Source of the DNA: a virus
Taxonomy: Duplodnaviria; Heunggongvirae; Uroviricota; Caudoviricetes
Strand: one strand, 5' to 3'
Length of the DNA: 21,128 nt
IMG/VR virus record: IMGVR_UViG_2534682222_000006
Coordinates: 1 to 21,128 of that record
Shown piece after piece: positions 1-9,733 of the stretch. The first letter of the stretch is position 1. Every line of letters starts with the position of its first letter. The notes under the pieces are model-generated. The model searched no databases. It worked only from the letters and a program-made list of their open reading frames with translations, and was not told the DNA's origin. The position numbers were made by a program, and so were the translations under genes.

Positions 1-179
1 TCCGCGCAGATTCTCGCTATTTATGAAAATTTTCTGGTTTATGCCATTTCCGTTCTTCTTCTTGTTTACTCATTGTTTTTGTTAAAAACGTCCTCTCTCC
101 AGAAAGGAAATGCTGAGCAAGGAAAACGGAAGTTTACCGTTGATTGTTTCCTTTCTCTGTTTTTTGCCAGGAGTAAGCC
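1..179 (+). promoter_or_regulatory. cos: cosB-like packaging initiation region (terminase small-subunit binding repeats plus AT-rich bend site); cosN nick site expected at or just upstream of window start
   Basis: Located directly upstream of nu1. Contains a 20-nt stretch (15-34, CGCTATTTATGAAAATTTTC) that I recall as identical to the lambda left end just inside cos. Repeated motif TTTCCGTTCT (47-56), its inverted form AGAAAGGAAA (101-110) and TTTCCTTTCT (147-156), arranged like lambda R3/R2/R1, with an AT-rich stretch (about 61-100) between them where lambda has IHF site I1. Confidence 0.7.
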
Positions 180-725
180 ATGGAGGTTAACAAAAAACGC
201 TTATCCGAAATTTTCGGGGTAAGCGTCCGAACGATTCAGAACTGGCAGGAGCAAGGTATGCCGGTTGTCCGCGGTGGTGGCAAAGGTAATGAGGTTCTCT
301 TTGAATCTGCTGCTGCAATCGAATGGTACAGTGCGCGCGATGCAGCTATAGAAAATGAAAAGTTGCGGAAGGAAGTTGAAGATCTCCGTATCGCTTCTGA
401 GTCCGATCTTCAACCTGGCACGATTGAATATGAGCGACACCGACTTACGCGAGCTCAGGCTGACGCTCAGGAATTAAAAAATGCAAAAGAGTCCGCTGAA
501 GTGGTGGAGACCGCATTCTGCACGTTCGTGCTGTCGCGGGTAGCCGGAGAAATCGCCAGCATTCTCGATGGAATACCTCTGTCGGTTCAGCGGCGCTTCC
601 CGGAGCTGGAGAACCGACATATTGATTTCCTCAAGAAGGACATCATTAAGGCCATGAACAAGGCAGCTGCGCTGGATGAAATGATACCGGGGTTGCTGAG
701 TGAATATATCGAACAGTCAGGTTAA
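180..725 (+). CDS. nu1: terminase small subunit (lambda gpNu1 family), N-terminal winged-HTH DNA-binding domain
   Basis: 181-aa ORF; N-terminus MEVNKK..SEIFG.S.RTIQNWQEQGMPV.RGGGKGNEV closely matches lambda Nu1 as I recall it; GGAG RBS at 172-175; 3' end overlaps start of A as in lambda. Confidence 0.95.
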   Translation: MEVNKKRLSEIFGVSVRTIQNWQEQGMPVVRGGGKGNEVLFESAAAIEWYSARDAAIENEKLRKEVEDLRIASESDLQPGTIEYERHRLTRAQADAQELKNAKESAEVVETAFCTFVLSRVAGEIASILDGIPLSVQRRFPELENRHIDFLKKDIIKAMNKAAALDEMIPGLLSEYIEQSG

Positions 726-2622
726 GGGGCTGCAGCACTCTGCGCGGGCGGGGTTACGTTCGCTGTACCGGCCGCAACCGCAAACAGCAGTTGAATGGGC
801 AGATGAGAATTATTATCTCCCGAAAGAGTCTGCCTACCAGGAAGGGCGCTGGGAAACACTGCCATTTCAGCGTGCAATTATGAATGCGATGGGTAATGAC
901 TATATTCGCGAGGTGAATGTCGTTAAATCGGCTCGTGTCGGCTACTCAAAAATGTTGCTCGGCGTTTACGCATATTTCATCCAACATAAACAGCGTAACT
1001 CCCTAATATGGTTACCAACCGACGGTGATGCTGAAAACTTCATGAAGTCTCATGTAGAACCGACCATTCGTGATATTCCGACGTTGCTGGCGCTTGCTCC
1101 CTGGTACGGTAAAAAACACCGGGACAATACGCTGAGCATGAAGCGTTTCTCGAATGGTCGTGGTTTCTGGTGCCTGGGCGGTAAGGCTGCAAAAAACTAC
1201 CGTGAAAAATCAGTTGATGTGGCTGGCTACGACGAGCTCGCCGCTTTCGATGATGACATCGAGAAAGAAGGTTCTCCCACCTTTCTGGGTGATAAGCGTA
1301 TTGAGGGTTCTGTATGGCCGAAATCCATTCGCGGATCTACACCGAAAGTCAAAGGTATGTGCCAGATAGAAAGAGCTGCTAAGGAGTCTGAACATTTTCT
1401 TCGGTTCCATGTTCCATGCCCACACTGTGGGGAAGAGCAGTATCTGAAATTCGGTGATAAAGAGACACCATTTGGCTTCAAATGGTCTCCGGGAGAACCT
1501 GCCAGCGTTTACTACCTCTGTGAACACAATGCCTGTGTGATTAAACAACAGGAGCTGGAATTTCTGGAGGCCAGGTATATTTGTGATGAAACAGGTATCT
1601 GGACACGAGACGGCCTTAACTGGTTTTCTTCATCCGGTACCGAAATTGAACCTCCTGACAGCGTTACATTCCACATCTGGACCGCATATAGCCCGTTCAC
1701 AACCTGGGTGCAGATCGTCAAGGACTGGATAAAAACAAAAGGTGATACGGGTAAGCGAAAAACTTTCGTTAACACGACCCTGGGCGAAACGTGGGAACCG
1801 AAAATAGGTGAACGACCCGATGCTGAAGTTTTAGCGGAACGAAAAGAGCACTTTGAAGCGTCTGTGCCGGAGCGAGTGGCATATCTGACAGCGGGTATTG
1901 ACTCCCAGCTTGACCGTTACGAAATGCGTGTTTGGGGATGGGGGCCGGGAGAGGAAAGCTGGCTTATCGACAAAATTATCATTATGGGTCGTCATGATGA
2001 TGAGTCGACTCTCGCTCGAGTTGATGAAGCGATCAACAGGACGTATAAGCGCCAGAACGGTCTCGAAATGGTTATATCCCGCACTTGCTGGGATATTGGC
2101 GGCATTGATCCCACCATCGTCTACAACCGCTCAAAAAAACACGGTCTGTTTCGTGTGATCCCTATAAAGGGGGCGTCGGTTTATGGAAAGCCAGTGGCGA
2201 ACATGCCACGCAAGCGTAACAAGAATGGTGTTTACCTCACAGAGGTAGGAACAGACACCGCAAAAGAGCAGATTTATAACCGTTTCACGCTGGTGGCGCA
2301 AAGAGACGAGCCGCTGGCGGGAGCGGTTCATTTCCCGAATAACCCAGAAATCTACGATCTAACAGAGGCCCAACAACTAACAGCTGAAGAGCAGGTGGAA
2401 AAATGGGTAGACGGAAAGAAAAAGATCGTCTGGGACAGCAAAAAACGACGAAATGAGGCGCTCGATTGCTTTGTTTATGCACTGGCGGCGCTGCGTATAA
2501 GCATATCCCGCTGGCAGCTAAATCTTGATTCACTTCTGGCCAGCCTGCTGGAGGAAGAAGGCAGCCGTAACAATAACAAGACCCTGGCGGATTACGCGCG
2601 GGCATTATCTGGAGATGAATAA
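700..2622 (+). CDS. A: terminase large subunit (lambda gpA; ATPase/endonuclease)
   Basis: 640-aa ORF starting with GTG at 700 (MNISNSQ...), near-collinear with lambda gpA (641 aa) including the CPHCGEEQY zinc-ribbon-like motif; overlaps nu1 3' end. Confidence 0.95.
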   Translation: MNISNSQVKGLQHSARAGLRSLYRPQPQTAVEWADENYYLPKESAYQEGRWETLPFQRAIMNAMGNDYIREVNVVKSARVGYSKMLLGVYAYFIQHKQRNSLIWLPTDGDAENFMKSHVEPTIRDIPTLLALAPWYGKKHRDNTLSMKRFSNGRGFWCLGGKAAKNYREKSVDVAGYDELAAFDDDIEKEGSPTFLGDKRIEGSVWPKSIRGSTPKVKGMCQIERAAKESEHFLRFHVPCPHCGEEQYLKFGDKETPFGFKWSPGEPASVYYLCEHNACVIKQQELEFLEARYICDETGIWTRDGLNWFSSSGTEIEPPDSVTFHIWTAYSPFTTWVQIVKDWIKTKGDTGKRKTFVNTTLGETWEPKIGERPDAEVLAERKEHFEASVPERVAYLTAGIDSQLDRYEMRVWGWGPGEESWLIDKIIIMGRHDDESTLARVDEAINRTYKRQNGLEMVISRTCWDIGGIDPTIVYNRSKKHGLFRVIPIKGASVYGKPVANMPRKRNKNGVYLTEVGTDTAKEQIYNRFTLVAQRDEPLAGAVHFPNNPEIYDLTEAQQLTAEEQVEKWVDGKKKIVWDSKKRRNEALDCFVYALAALRISISRWQLNLDSLLASLLEEEGSRNNNKTLADYARALSGDE

Positions 2623-2828
2623 TGGCAACACAGACTGAACTGGATGCCGCGCGCGCTGCGTTACATGACCTGATGATGGGAAAGCGCGTGGCGACGGTAC
2701 AGAAAGACGGTCGAAGAGTGGAATTTACAGCCACTTCAGTCAGCGATCTCAAAAAATATATTGCTGACCTTGAATCTCAGGTTGGCACCACATCACGACG
2801 CCGGGGGCCAGCAGGGTTTTACGTATGA
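2622..2828 (+). CDS. W: head-tail joining protein gpW
   Basis: 68 aa, same length as lambda W; sequence ...[41 protein letters not shown]... matches lambda W; ATGA overlap with the A stop and with the B start. Confidence 0.93.
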   Translation: MATQTELDAARAALHDLMMGKRVATVQKDGRRVEFTATSVSDLKKYIADLESQVGTTSRRRGPAGFYV

Positions 2829-4417
2829 AAATACCATCTTTGGTGGGACCTGACGGGAAAACATCCCTTCGGGAATACGCAGGATATCATGGCGGTGGAG
2901 GCGGGTTTGGTGGGCAGCTGCGAGGCTGGAATCCGCCGAGTGAAAGTGCAGATGCCGCACTCCTACCCAACTATTCTCGCGGAAATGCCCGCGCTGACGA
3001 TCTGGTGCGAAATAATGGCTACGCGGCAAACGCCGTGCAGCTCCACCAGGACCACATCGTCGGGTCATTTTTCAGACTAAGTTATCGACCAAGCTGGCGT
3101 TATCTGGGAATAAATGAGGAGGATTCACGGGCATTCTCGCGGGATGTGGAAGCTGCATGGAATGAGTATGCCGAGGACGACTTTTGCGGGATTGATGCCG
3201 AGCGTAAGCGAACGTTTACGATGATGATCCGAGAAGGTGTGGCCATGCACGCGTTTAACGGTGAATTATGCACGCAGGCGACCTGGGACAGCGATTCAAC
3301 GCGTCTTTTCCGTACTCAGTTCAAAATGGTCAGTCCGAAGCGCGTCAGCAATCCGAATAATATCGGTGATACCCGGAACTGTCGCGCCGGTGTGAAAATA
3401 AATGATAGCGGTGCTGCGCTGGGATATTACGTCAGCGACGATGGTTATCCCGGCTGGATGGCGCAGAACTGGACCTACATTCCTCGCGAACTACCCGGCG
3501 GTCGACCTTCATTTATCCATGTATTCGAACCGATGGAGGATGGACAGACCCGTGGGGCCAATGCGTTTTACAGCGTGATGGAGCAGATGAAAATGCTCGA
3601 TACCCTGCAAAATACCCAGCTCCAGAGCGCGATAGTGAAGGCTATGTATGCCGCTACCATCGAGAGTGAACTGGATACCCAATCGGCGATGGACTTTATT
3701 CTCGGCGCGGATAATAAAGAGCAGCAGAGCAAACTTACGGGCTGGCTCGGTGAAATGGCGTCCTATTACTCAGCTGCGCCTGTTCGCCTGGGTGGGGCAA
3801 GGGTTCCACACCTGTTGCCGGGTGATTCTCTCAACCTTCAGTCGGCGCAGGATACCGATAACGGCTACTCGACTTTTGAACAGTCCCTGCTGCGTTATAT
3901 TGCCGCTGGGCTTGGTGTGTCGTATGAGCAGCTTTCGCGAAACTATTCGCAGATGAGCTACTCGACCGCACGCGCAAGTGCTAACGAGTCCTGGGCGTAC
4001 TTTATGGGGCGTCGCAAGTTTGTGGCATCCCGACAGGCCTGTCAGATGTTTCTTTGCTGGCTTGAAGAGGCGATTGTCCGCCGCGTGGTCACGCTTCCTT
4101 CGAAAGCCCGGTTCAGTTTCCAGGAGGCGAGAACAGCCTGGGGGAATGCCAACTGGATTGGCTCTGGTCGAATGGCAATTGACGGGCTGAAAGAGGTACA
4201 GGAGGCCGTCATGCTCATTGAGGCAGGTCTCAGCACGTATGAAAAAGAGTGCGCCAAACGCGGTGATGATTATCAGGAGATTTTTGCCCAGCAGGTCCGG
4301 GAAACCATGGAGCGTCGTGCTGCGGGTCTGAAACCACCGGCATGGGCCGCTGCAGCTTTTGAGGCCGGAGTGAAAAAATCAAACGAGGAGGAGCAAGATG
4401 GCGCACGAGCTGCGTAA
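2825..4417 (+). CDS. B: portal protein gpB
   Basis: 530 aa, collinear with lambda gpB (533 aa) with high apparent identity through the whole length (e.g. [26 protein letters not shown]). Confidence 0.95.
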   Translation: MKIPSLVGPDGKTSLREYAGYHGGGGGFGGQLRGWNPPSESADAALLPNYSRGNARADDLVRNNGYAANAVQLHQDHIVGSFFRLSYRPSWRYLGINEEDSRAFSRDVEAAWNEYAEDDFCGIDAERKRTFTMMIREGVAMHAFNGELCTQATWDSDSTRLFRTQFKMVSPKRVSNPNNIGDTRNCRAGVKINDSGAALGYYVSDDGYPGWMAQNWTYIPRELPGGRPSFIHVFEPMEDGQTRGANAFYSVMEQMKMLDTLQNTQLQSAIVKAMYAATIESELDTQSAMDFILGADNKEQQSKLTGWLGEMASYYSAAPVRLGGARVPHLLPGDSLNLQSAQDTDNGYSTFEQSLLRYIAAGLGVSYEQLSRNYSQMSYSTARASANESWAYFMGRRKFVASRQACQMFLCWLEEAIVRRVVTLPSKARFSFQEARTAWGNANWIGSGRMAIDGLKEVQEAVMLIEAGLSTYEKECAKRGDDYQEIFAQQVRETMERRAAGLKPPAWAAAAFEAGVKKSNEEEQDGARAA

Positions 4418-5741
4418 TCTTCCGCATATTGCCAGTATGGCCTTTAATGAGCCGCTGATGCTTGAACCCGCCTATGCGCGGGTTTTCTTTTGCGCGCTGG
4501 CTGGCCAGTTGGGCATCACCCGGCTGACAGATACCGTCTCTGGCATCACGCTTGATGCCGGACAAATAGCCGAACCGCTGGCGCTGTTTGGTGAGGATGA
4601 TGACATGGATCCCCGTCCATCACGCAGCTATCAGGTGGCAAATGGTATCGCGGTCTTGCCGGTTTCCGGCACGCTGGTCAGTAAAACCCGTGCGCTTCAG
4701 CCTTATTCCGGCATGACGGGTTACAACGGGATCATTGCTCGCCTGCAGCAGGCAATCAGTGACCCCGGCGTTGACGGCATTCTTCTGGATATGGATACGC
4801 CGGGTGGAATGGTGTCCGGGGCGTTTGACTGCGCCGACATTATAGCCCGTATGCGCGATATCAAACCCATCTGGGCGCTGGCCAATGACATGAACTGCAG
4901 TGCAGGGCAGCTTATAGCCAGTTCGGCATCGCGACGGCTGGTCACACAAACGGCCAGAACCGGCTCCATTGGGGTCATGATGGCGCACAGCAACTATGGC
5001 GCTGCGCTCAAAACTAACGGCGTTGAGGTCACGCTGATTTACAGCGGCGATCGCAAGGTCGACGGCAACCCTTACGAAAAGCTTCCGAAAGATGTGCGTG
5101 CTGATTTCCAGACGCGTATCGATGCCACTCGTCAGATGTTTGCCGAAAAGGTTTCCGCTTATACCGGCATGTCTGTTCAGGACGTGCTGGACACCGAAGC
5201 GGCAGTATTCTCCGGCCAGGAGTCTTTGGATAACGGACTGGCGGATGAACTTGTTAACAATACCGATGCGCTCGGCGTGATGCGCGAAGCACTCGACAGA
5301 CGCAAAAAAACAACCCTTGGAGGAACTATGCCATCACCTTCTGCTTCAGCTGTGACCACTAAGCCAGTTGACCAGGCAGCAACTCAGACAACTGCCTCAG
5401 CTGAACAGGTCACTACCGTTGACACGACCATTGCTTCCGTAGCGGCCCCTGTAGATGTCAGTGCGCAGGTTACTGCAGCAGTAGCTGCAGAGAATAGCCG
5501 CATCATGGGCATCCTGAACTGCGATGAGGCTAAAGGGCGTGAGTCACAGGCGCGAGCACTGGCCGAAACGCCGGGTATGACGGTAGAGAGCGCACAGCGC
5601 ATTCTGGCTGCTGCACCGCAAAGTGCCCAGGCGCGTACCGATACGGCGCTGGATCGTTTGATGGAAACAGCACCCGGTGCACTCCCAGCAGGTAGCGCAT
5701 CTTCTGATGCCGCTGACGATTTGTTAAACACCCCCGTTTAA
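4398..5741 (+). CDS. C: head maturation protease / scaffold gpC (S49/ClpP-like serine peptidase fold)
   Basis: 447-aa ORF overlapping the B 3' end by 20 nt, positioned as lambda C; N-terminal peptidase-like region, C-terminal Ala/Ser/Thr/Gln-rich scaffold-like tail. Confidence 0.9.
   Translation: MAHELRNLPHIASMAFNEPLMLEPAYARVFFCALAGQLGITRLTDTVSGITLDAGQIAEPLALFGEDDDMDPRPSRSYQVANGIAVLPVSGTLVSKTRALQPYSGMTGYNGIIARLQQAISDPGVDGILLDMDTPGGMVSGAFDCADIIARMRDIKPIWALANDMNCSAGQLIASSASRRLVTQTARTGSIGVMMAHSNYGAALKTNGVEVTLIYSGDRKVDGNPYEKLPKDVRADFQTRIDATRQMFAEKVSAYTGMSVQDVLDTEAAVFSGQESLDNGLADELVNNTDALGVMREALDRRKKTTLGGTMPSPSASAVTTKPVDQAATQTTASAEQVTTVDTTIASVAAPVDVSAQVTAAVAAENSRIMGILNCDEAKGRESQARALAETPGMTVESAQRILAAAPQSAQARTDTALDRLMETAPGALPAGSASSDAADDLLNTPV
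5328..5741 (+). CDS. nu3: scaffolding protein gpNu3-like, nested in-frame within the 3' third of C
   Basis: In-frame internal ATG at 5328 preceded by a strong RBS (GGAGG at 5319-5323) inside the C ORF; lambda encodes Nu3 in the same nested arrangement; predicted 137 aa versus 131 aa as I recall for lambda Nu3. Confidence 0.6.
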   Translation: MPSPSASAVTTKPVDQAATQTTASAEQVTTVDTTIASVAAPVDVSAQVTAAVAAENSRIMGILNCDEAKGRESQARALAETPGMTVESAQRILAAAPQSAQARTDTALDRLMETAPGALPAGSASSDAADDLLNTPV

Positions 5742-5750
5742 GAGGCTATC

Positions 5751-6083
5751 ATGGCAATTACTGAAGTTTTCACACATAACCAGCCGCTCGGTAACAGCGA
5801 CCCGGCGCACACTGCGTATGGTCCTGGCGAACTGACGGCTTCCACTCCAGCCATGACGCCGCTCATGCTGGATGCCACTTCTGGCAAGCTGACCGTCTGG
5901 GATGGTGCTCATGCTGGCGCGGCAATTGGCATCCTGGCTGTAACCGCAGACCAGAACAGCGCGGAACTGGCATATTACAAATCTGGCTCTTTCCGTATTG
6001 AAGATGTCCTCTGGCCATCTGCCGTCACCGACGACAACATTAAACGTAACGCGTTCGCCGGTACTGCAATCAGCATCGTTTAA
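5751..6083 (+). CDS. D: head decoration protein gpD
   Basis: 110 aa, same length as lambda D; sequence (..[29 protein letters not shown]...KL..WDG...GAA.GILAV.AD...) matches lambda D; RBS AAGAGG upstream. Confidence 0.93.
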   Translation: MAITEVFTHNQPLGNSDPAHTAYGPGELTASTPAMTPLMLDATSGKLTVWDGAHAGAAIGILAVTADQNSAELAYYKSGSFRIEDVLWPSAVTDDNIKRNAFAGTAISIV

Positions 6084-6112
6084 TCCGCATTTCTACAACC
6101 ATCATCATTCAT

Positions 6113-6137
6113 AAAAGCCGCTTGCGCGGCTTTTTTT
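6113..6137 (+). terminator. GC hairpin followed by T7 tract between D and E (intrinsic terminator / attenuator-like)
   Basis: Stem GCCGC (6117-6121) / GCGGC (6126-6130), loop TTGC, then TTTTTTT (6131-6137); sits between the decoration and major capsid genes. Confidence 0.5.
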
Positions 6138-6150
6138 ACGGGAAAAATCT

Positions 6151-7176
6151 ATGTCCGTTTACACCACTGCCCAACTGCTGGCGGTCAATGAGAAGAAATT
6201 CAAATTCGATCCGCTTTTCCTGCGTATCTTTTTCCGCGAAACCTATCCCTTCAGTACAGAGAAGGTTTACCTGTCGCAAATTCCTGGCCTGGTCAATATG
6301 GCGCTTTACGTCTCGCCGATTGTCTCCGGCAAAGTGATCCGCTCCCGTGGCGGCAGCACGTCTGAATTCACGCCGGGTTATGTGAAGCCGAAACACGAAG
6401 TTAACCCACTGATGACTCTCCGCCGCCTGCCGGATGAGGATCCGCAGAATCTCGCTGACCCGGTCTATCGCCGTCGCCGCATTATCCTTCAGAACATGAA
6501 GGATGAAGAGCTGGCGATTGCTCAGGTCGAAGAGAAACAGGCTGTTTCGGCGGTGCTCAGCGGTAAATACACCATGACCGGGGAAGCGTTCGAGCCTGTT
6601 GAAGTCGATATGGGCCGCAGCGCTGGTAACAACATTGTCCAGGCCGGTGCGGCTGCATGGTCAACCCGCGACAAAGAAACGTATGACCCGACCGATGACA
6701 TTGAAGCCTACGCGCTCAACGCCAGCGGTGTGGTCAACATCATTGTGTTCGATCCGAAAGGCTGGGCGCTGTTCCGTTCCTTCAAGGCTGTTGAGAAGAA
6801 GCTGGATACGCGTCGTGGTTCTAACTCTGAGCTGGAAACTGCCGTGAAAGACCTGGGTATGGCTGTTTCATACAAGGGGATGTTTGGCGATGTGGCCATC
6901 GTGGTGTACTCCGGCCAGTACGTCGAAAACGACGTCAAAAAGAATTATCTGCCGGACCTGACAATGGTGCTGGGGAATACCCAGGCTCGTGGCCTGCGTA
7001 CCTATGGCTGCATTCTTGATGCTGATGCCCAGCGCGAAGGTATCAATGCCTCGACACGCTACCCGAAAAACTGGGTGCAGTCGGGGGATCCGGCGCGCGA
7101 ATTCACCATGATTCAGTCAGCTCCGCTGATGCTGCTGCCAGACCCTGACGCATTCGTCTCCGTCAAACTGGCATAA
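6151..7176 (+). CDS. E: major capsid protein gpE
   Basis: 341 aa, same length as lambda E, collinear with high apparent identity (MS.YTTAQLLA.NE.KFKFDPLFLR.FFRE.YPF.TEKVYLSQIPGLVNMALYVSPIVSG...). Confidence 0.95.
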   Translation: MSVYTTAQLLAVNEKKFKFDPLFLRIFFRETYPFSTEKVYLSQIPGLVNMALYVSPIVSGKVIRSRGGSTSEFTPGYVKPKHEVNPLMTLRRLPDEDPQNLADPVYRRRRIILQNMKDEELAIAQVEEKQAVSAVLSGKYTMTGEAFEPVEVDMGRSAGNNIVQAGAAAWSTRDKETYDPTDDIEAYALNASGVVNIIVFDPKGWALFRSFKAVEKKLDTRRGSNSELETAVKDLGMAVSYKGMFGDVAIVVYSGQYVENDVKKNYLPDLTMVLGNTQARGLRTYGCILDADAQREGINASTRYPKNWVQSGDPAREFTMIQSAPLMLLPDPDAFVSVKLA

Positions 7177-7221
7177 CTTCCCCCAGTGGCCCTGTCGGGC
7201 CACCTTTCTGGAGTATTTCCC

Positions 7222-7629
7222 ATGACAGAAAAAGAAAAGCTGGTCGCCCGCCTGAATGAACTTGGGACCCAGCTTAACCGCGAGGTCAGTACCAGCGGCA
7301 CCATTCAGGAACTGACGATGCGTATTGCTGAGCTTGAAGAGGAACTGGATGGCAATGCCGGGTCAGTTGACGGTGAAAACGGCGTGCAGAATGCTTCCGA
7401 CAGCACCGACAGCACCGACAACAATGTTGCTAACGTGGCAAAAGTAAAAACGGAATCGGCCACAACGGGTGACCTGGTATCAGTAGAAACGCTGGCCACC
7501 CTGCATATTGACGCTCTGCATGCCACGCGTAACGAGCCGGTATCTATCGTAGAGCCTGGTGTGATTATCCGCGTATCTGAACAGGATGCCGACGACTTGA
7601 TCGCAAAGGGGCTGGCTTTCGAAGTCTGA
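7222..7629 (+). CDS. FI: DNA packaging / head assembly protein gpFI
   Basis: Matches lambda FI (132 aa) in position and in conserved C-terminal motif (HTDALHATR.EPV). I prefer the start at ATG 7222 (MTEKEKLVARLNELG, aligns with lambda MTKDELIARLRSLGEQLN); the ORF track's upstream ATG at 7186 is less likely. Confidence 0.85.
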   Translation: MTEKEKLVARLNELGTQLNREVSTSGTIQELTMRIAELEEELDGNAGSVDGENGVQNASDSTDSTDNNVANVAKVKTESATTGDLVSVETLATLHIDALHATRNEPVSIVEPGVIIRVSEQDADDLIAKGLAFEV

Positions 7630-7639
7630 AGGGGGCCAC

Positions 7640-7993
7640 ATGGCTGATTTCGATAATCTCTTTGACGAGGCCATGTCGCGAGCTGATAGCGCTATCCGTG
7701 GTGTGATGGGCACAGAGGCAAAGGTGATGTCAGGCGCTTTGTCAGGTGCCACCCTGGTCGGTGTATTCGATGATCCAGAAAATATCGGATATGCCGGTGC
7801 CGGGATTCGTGTTGAAGGAACCAGCCCGACCCTGTTTGTGGAAACCGCCACTGTCAGGCAGCTGCAGCGTATGGACACGCTGACGATTAACGGTCGGCAA
7901 TTCTGGGTTGAACGTATTGGTCCGGATGACTGTGGCTCCTGTCATATCTGTCTGGGTAACGGCTCTCCACCTGCATCTTCGCGTCGCCGTTAA
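7640..7993 (+). CDS. FII: head-tail connector / head completion protein gpFII
   Basis: 117 aa, same length as lambda FII; N-terminus MADFDNLFD.A..RAD..IRG.MG and internal VFDDPENI.YAG.G.RVEG.SP.LFV match lambda FII. Confidence 0.92.
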   Translation: MADFDNLFDEAMSRADSAIRGVMGTEAKVMSGALSGATLVGVFDDPENIGYAGAGIRVEGTSPTLFVETATVRQLQRMDTLTINGRQFWVERIGPDDCGSCHICLGNGSPPASSRRR

Positions 7994-8002
7994 GGAGCGC
8001 AT

Positions 8003-8557
8003 ATGTCCATAAAAGGCCTTGAACAGGCCATAGAAAACCTTAACAGCATCAGCAAAACGGCTGTTCCGCGGGCATCGGCGCAGGCCGTTAATCGCGTGGC
8101 AAACCGGGCCGTCAGCCGCAGCGTGGCAGTCGTATCAAAAGATACGCGCGTACCGCGAAAACTGGTAAAGCAACGCGCCAGGGTGAAGCGTGCGACGGTC
8201 AATAGACCTCGTGCACTTATCCGGGTAAACCGGGGAAATTTACCGGCCATTAAACTCGGTACCGCAAGCGTGCGACTTTCCCGCAGAAAACGGGACAAGA
8301 AAGGGGCCAACAGCGTTCTGCGCATAGGGCCATTTCGTTTTCCGGGCGGCTTTATCCAGCAACTTAAAAATGGTCGCTGGCATGTCATGAGGCGGACTTC
8401 AAAACCTCGTTACCCCATTGAAGTGGTCAGCATCCCGCTGGCAGCTCCATTAACTACGGCATTTAAAGAAGAACTGCCGAAGCTCATGGAGTCAGATATG
8501 CCCAAAGAGCTCCGGGCATCCCTTACCAACCAACTCAGGTTAATTCTGACACGATGA
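8003..8557 (+). CDS. Z: tail completion protein gpZ
   Basis: 184-aa basic protein in the lambda Z position (lambda Z 192 aa); AAGGAG RBS; 4-nt overlap with downstream U. Confidence 0.85.
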   Translation: MSIKGLEQAIENLNSISKTAVPRASAQAVNRVANRAVSRSVAVVSKDTRVPRKLVKQRARVKRATVNRPRALIRVNRGNLPAIKLGTASVRLSRRKRDKKGANSVLRIGPFRFPGGFIQQLKNGRWHVMRRTSKPRYPIEVVSIPLAAPLTTAFKEELPKLMESDMPKELRASLTNQLRLILTR

Positions 8558-8952
8558 AACACAGCGATATTCGCAAGGTGATTATTGACGCGCTGGAAAG
8601 CGCGATTGGTACTGATGTCATTTATTTTGACGGCAGACCTGCAGTGCTCGAAGAGGGTGATTTTCCCGCTGTTGCCGTCTACCTGACAGATGCGGAATAC
8701 ACAGGGGAAGAACTGGACGCCGATAGCTGGCAGGCCATTCTGCATATCGAAGTCTTTCTTGAGGCTCAGGTACCTGATTCTGATCTGGATGACTGGATGG
8801 AGACGAGAGTGTATCCGGTTCTCGCAGAGGTTCCGGGGCTTGAATCTCTTATCACCACAATGGTTCAGCAGGGCTATGACTACCAGCGCGATGACGATAT
8901 GGCGCTGTGGAGTTCTGCCGACCTGAAATATTCCATTACTTACGACATGTGA
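8554..8952 (+). CDS. U: tail terminator protein gpU
   Basis: 132 aa (lambda U 131 aa) in the conserved position between Z and V. Confidence 0.88.
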   Translation: MKHSDIRKVIIDALESAIGTDVIYFDGRPAVLEEGDFPAVAVYLTDAEYTGEELDADSWQAILHIEVFLEAQVPDSDLDDWMETRVYPVLAEVPGLESLITTMVQQGYDYQRDDDMALWSSADLKYSITYDM

Positions 8953-8959
8953 GGACCCT

Positions 8960-9697
8960 ATGGCCACACCAAACCCGCTGGCACCAACAAAAGGTGCTGG
9001 TACCACCCTCTGGGTTTACACCGGAACTGGTGATCCATACGCCAATCCGCTTTCAGACGTTGACTGGCTGCGCCTGGCAAAGATTAAAGACCTGCAGCCC
9101 GGAGAACTGACAGCTGAATCGGAAGATGACACCTACATCGATGATGAGAATGCCGACTGGACATCAACGATGCAGGGGCAGAAATCAGCCGGTGAAACAA
9201 ACCTGACGCTCGCATGGATGCCGGAGGATTCCGGTCAGCAGGACCTGGTGAACTGGTTCGATGAAGGCACCGTGAAGGGGTATAAAATCAAATATCCGAA
9301 TGGTGTTGTCGATGTCTTTAAGGGCTGGGTGAGCAGTCTCGGCAAGACCATCTCGTCTAAAGAGGTCATGACCCGCACGGCAAAAATCACCAACAATGGC
9401 AAACCATCGCTGGCCGAAGACAGTGGTACCGCGCCGATTGCCGTTACGGGGATCAGCCTGGATAAATCCACGGCGGCTGTGGCTGTCGCGGCCACGACGC
9501 AACTGGTTGTTTCTGTCCTGCCAGCAAGTGCTTCAGATAAGTCTTTCCGCGTAGCCAGTTCTGATCCGTCAAAAGCAACGGTCACCGTCAGCGGCAATAC
9601 CCTGACTGTTACCGGCGTGGCGGCAGGCACCGTCGAGATCATCGTAATGAGCAATGACGGTAACTTTGTGGCGATCTGCAAAGTCACTGTTTCCTGA
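8960..9697 (+). CDS. V: major tail tube protein gpV with C-terminal Ig-like (Big_2-type) domain
   Basis: 245 aa (lambda V 246 aa); C-terminal about 85 aa has Ig-like character ([63 protein letters not shown]); GAGGA RBS. Confidence 0.92.
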   Translation: MATPNPLAPTKGAGTTLWVYTGTGDPYANPLSDVDWLRLAKIKDLQPGELTAESEDDTYIDDENADWTSTMQGQKSAGETNLTLAWMPEDSGQQDLVNWFDEGTVKGYKIKYPNGVVDVFKGWVSSLGKTISSKEVMTRTAKITNNGKPSLAEDSGTAPIAVTGISLDKSTAAVAVAATTQLVVSVLPASASDKSFRVASSDPSKATVTVSGNTLTVTGVAAGTVEIIVMSNDGNFVAICKVTVS

Positions 9698-9733
9698 TAA
9701 CCGGGGCGAAAGCCCCGTTCCCCCGGAGTAATT

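Noticed and set aside
1154-1548. Several short alternative-frame ORFs inside A (1154..1369 +, 1210..1548 -, 1227..1481 -)
   Set aside because: Nested within the terminase large subunit gene; no start signals; frame-shadow artefacts.
2285-2752. 155-aa ORF on the minus strand
   Set aside because: Entirely antisense to the well-supported A and W genes; Pro/Ala/Arg-rich composition typical of spurious reverse-frame ORFs in GC-rich coding DNA.
7186-7221. Upstream ATG at 7186 as start of FI (ORF track: 147 aa)
   Set aside because: The ATG at 7222 is preceded by GGAG and gives an N-terminus (MTEKEKLVARLNELG) aligning with lambda FI (132 aa); the extra 12 residues have no counterpart and no better RBS.
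8410-9006. 198-aa ORF on the minus strand
   Set aside because: Antisense to U and the end of Z; no RBS context; all neighbouring genes are on the + strand in a tightly packed operon.
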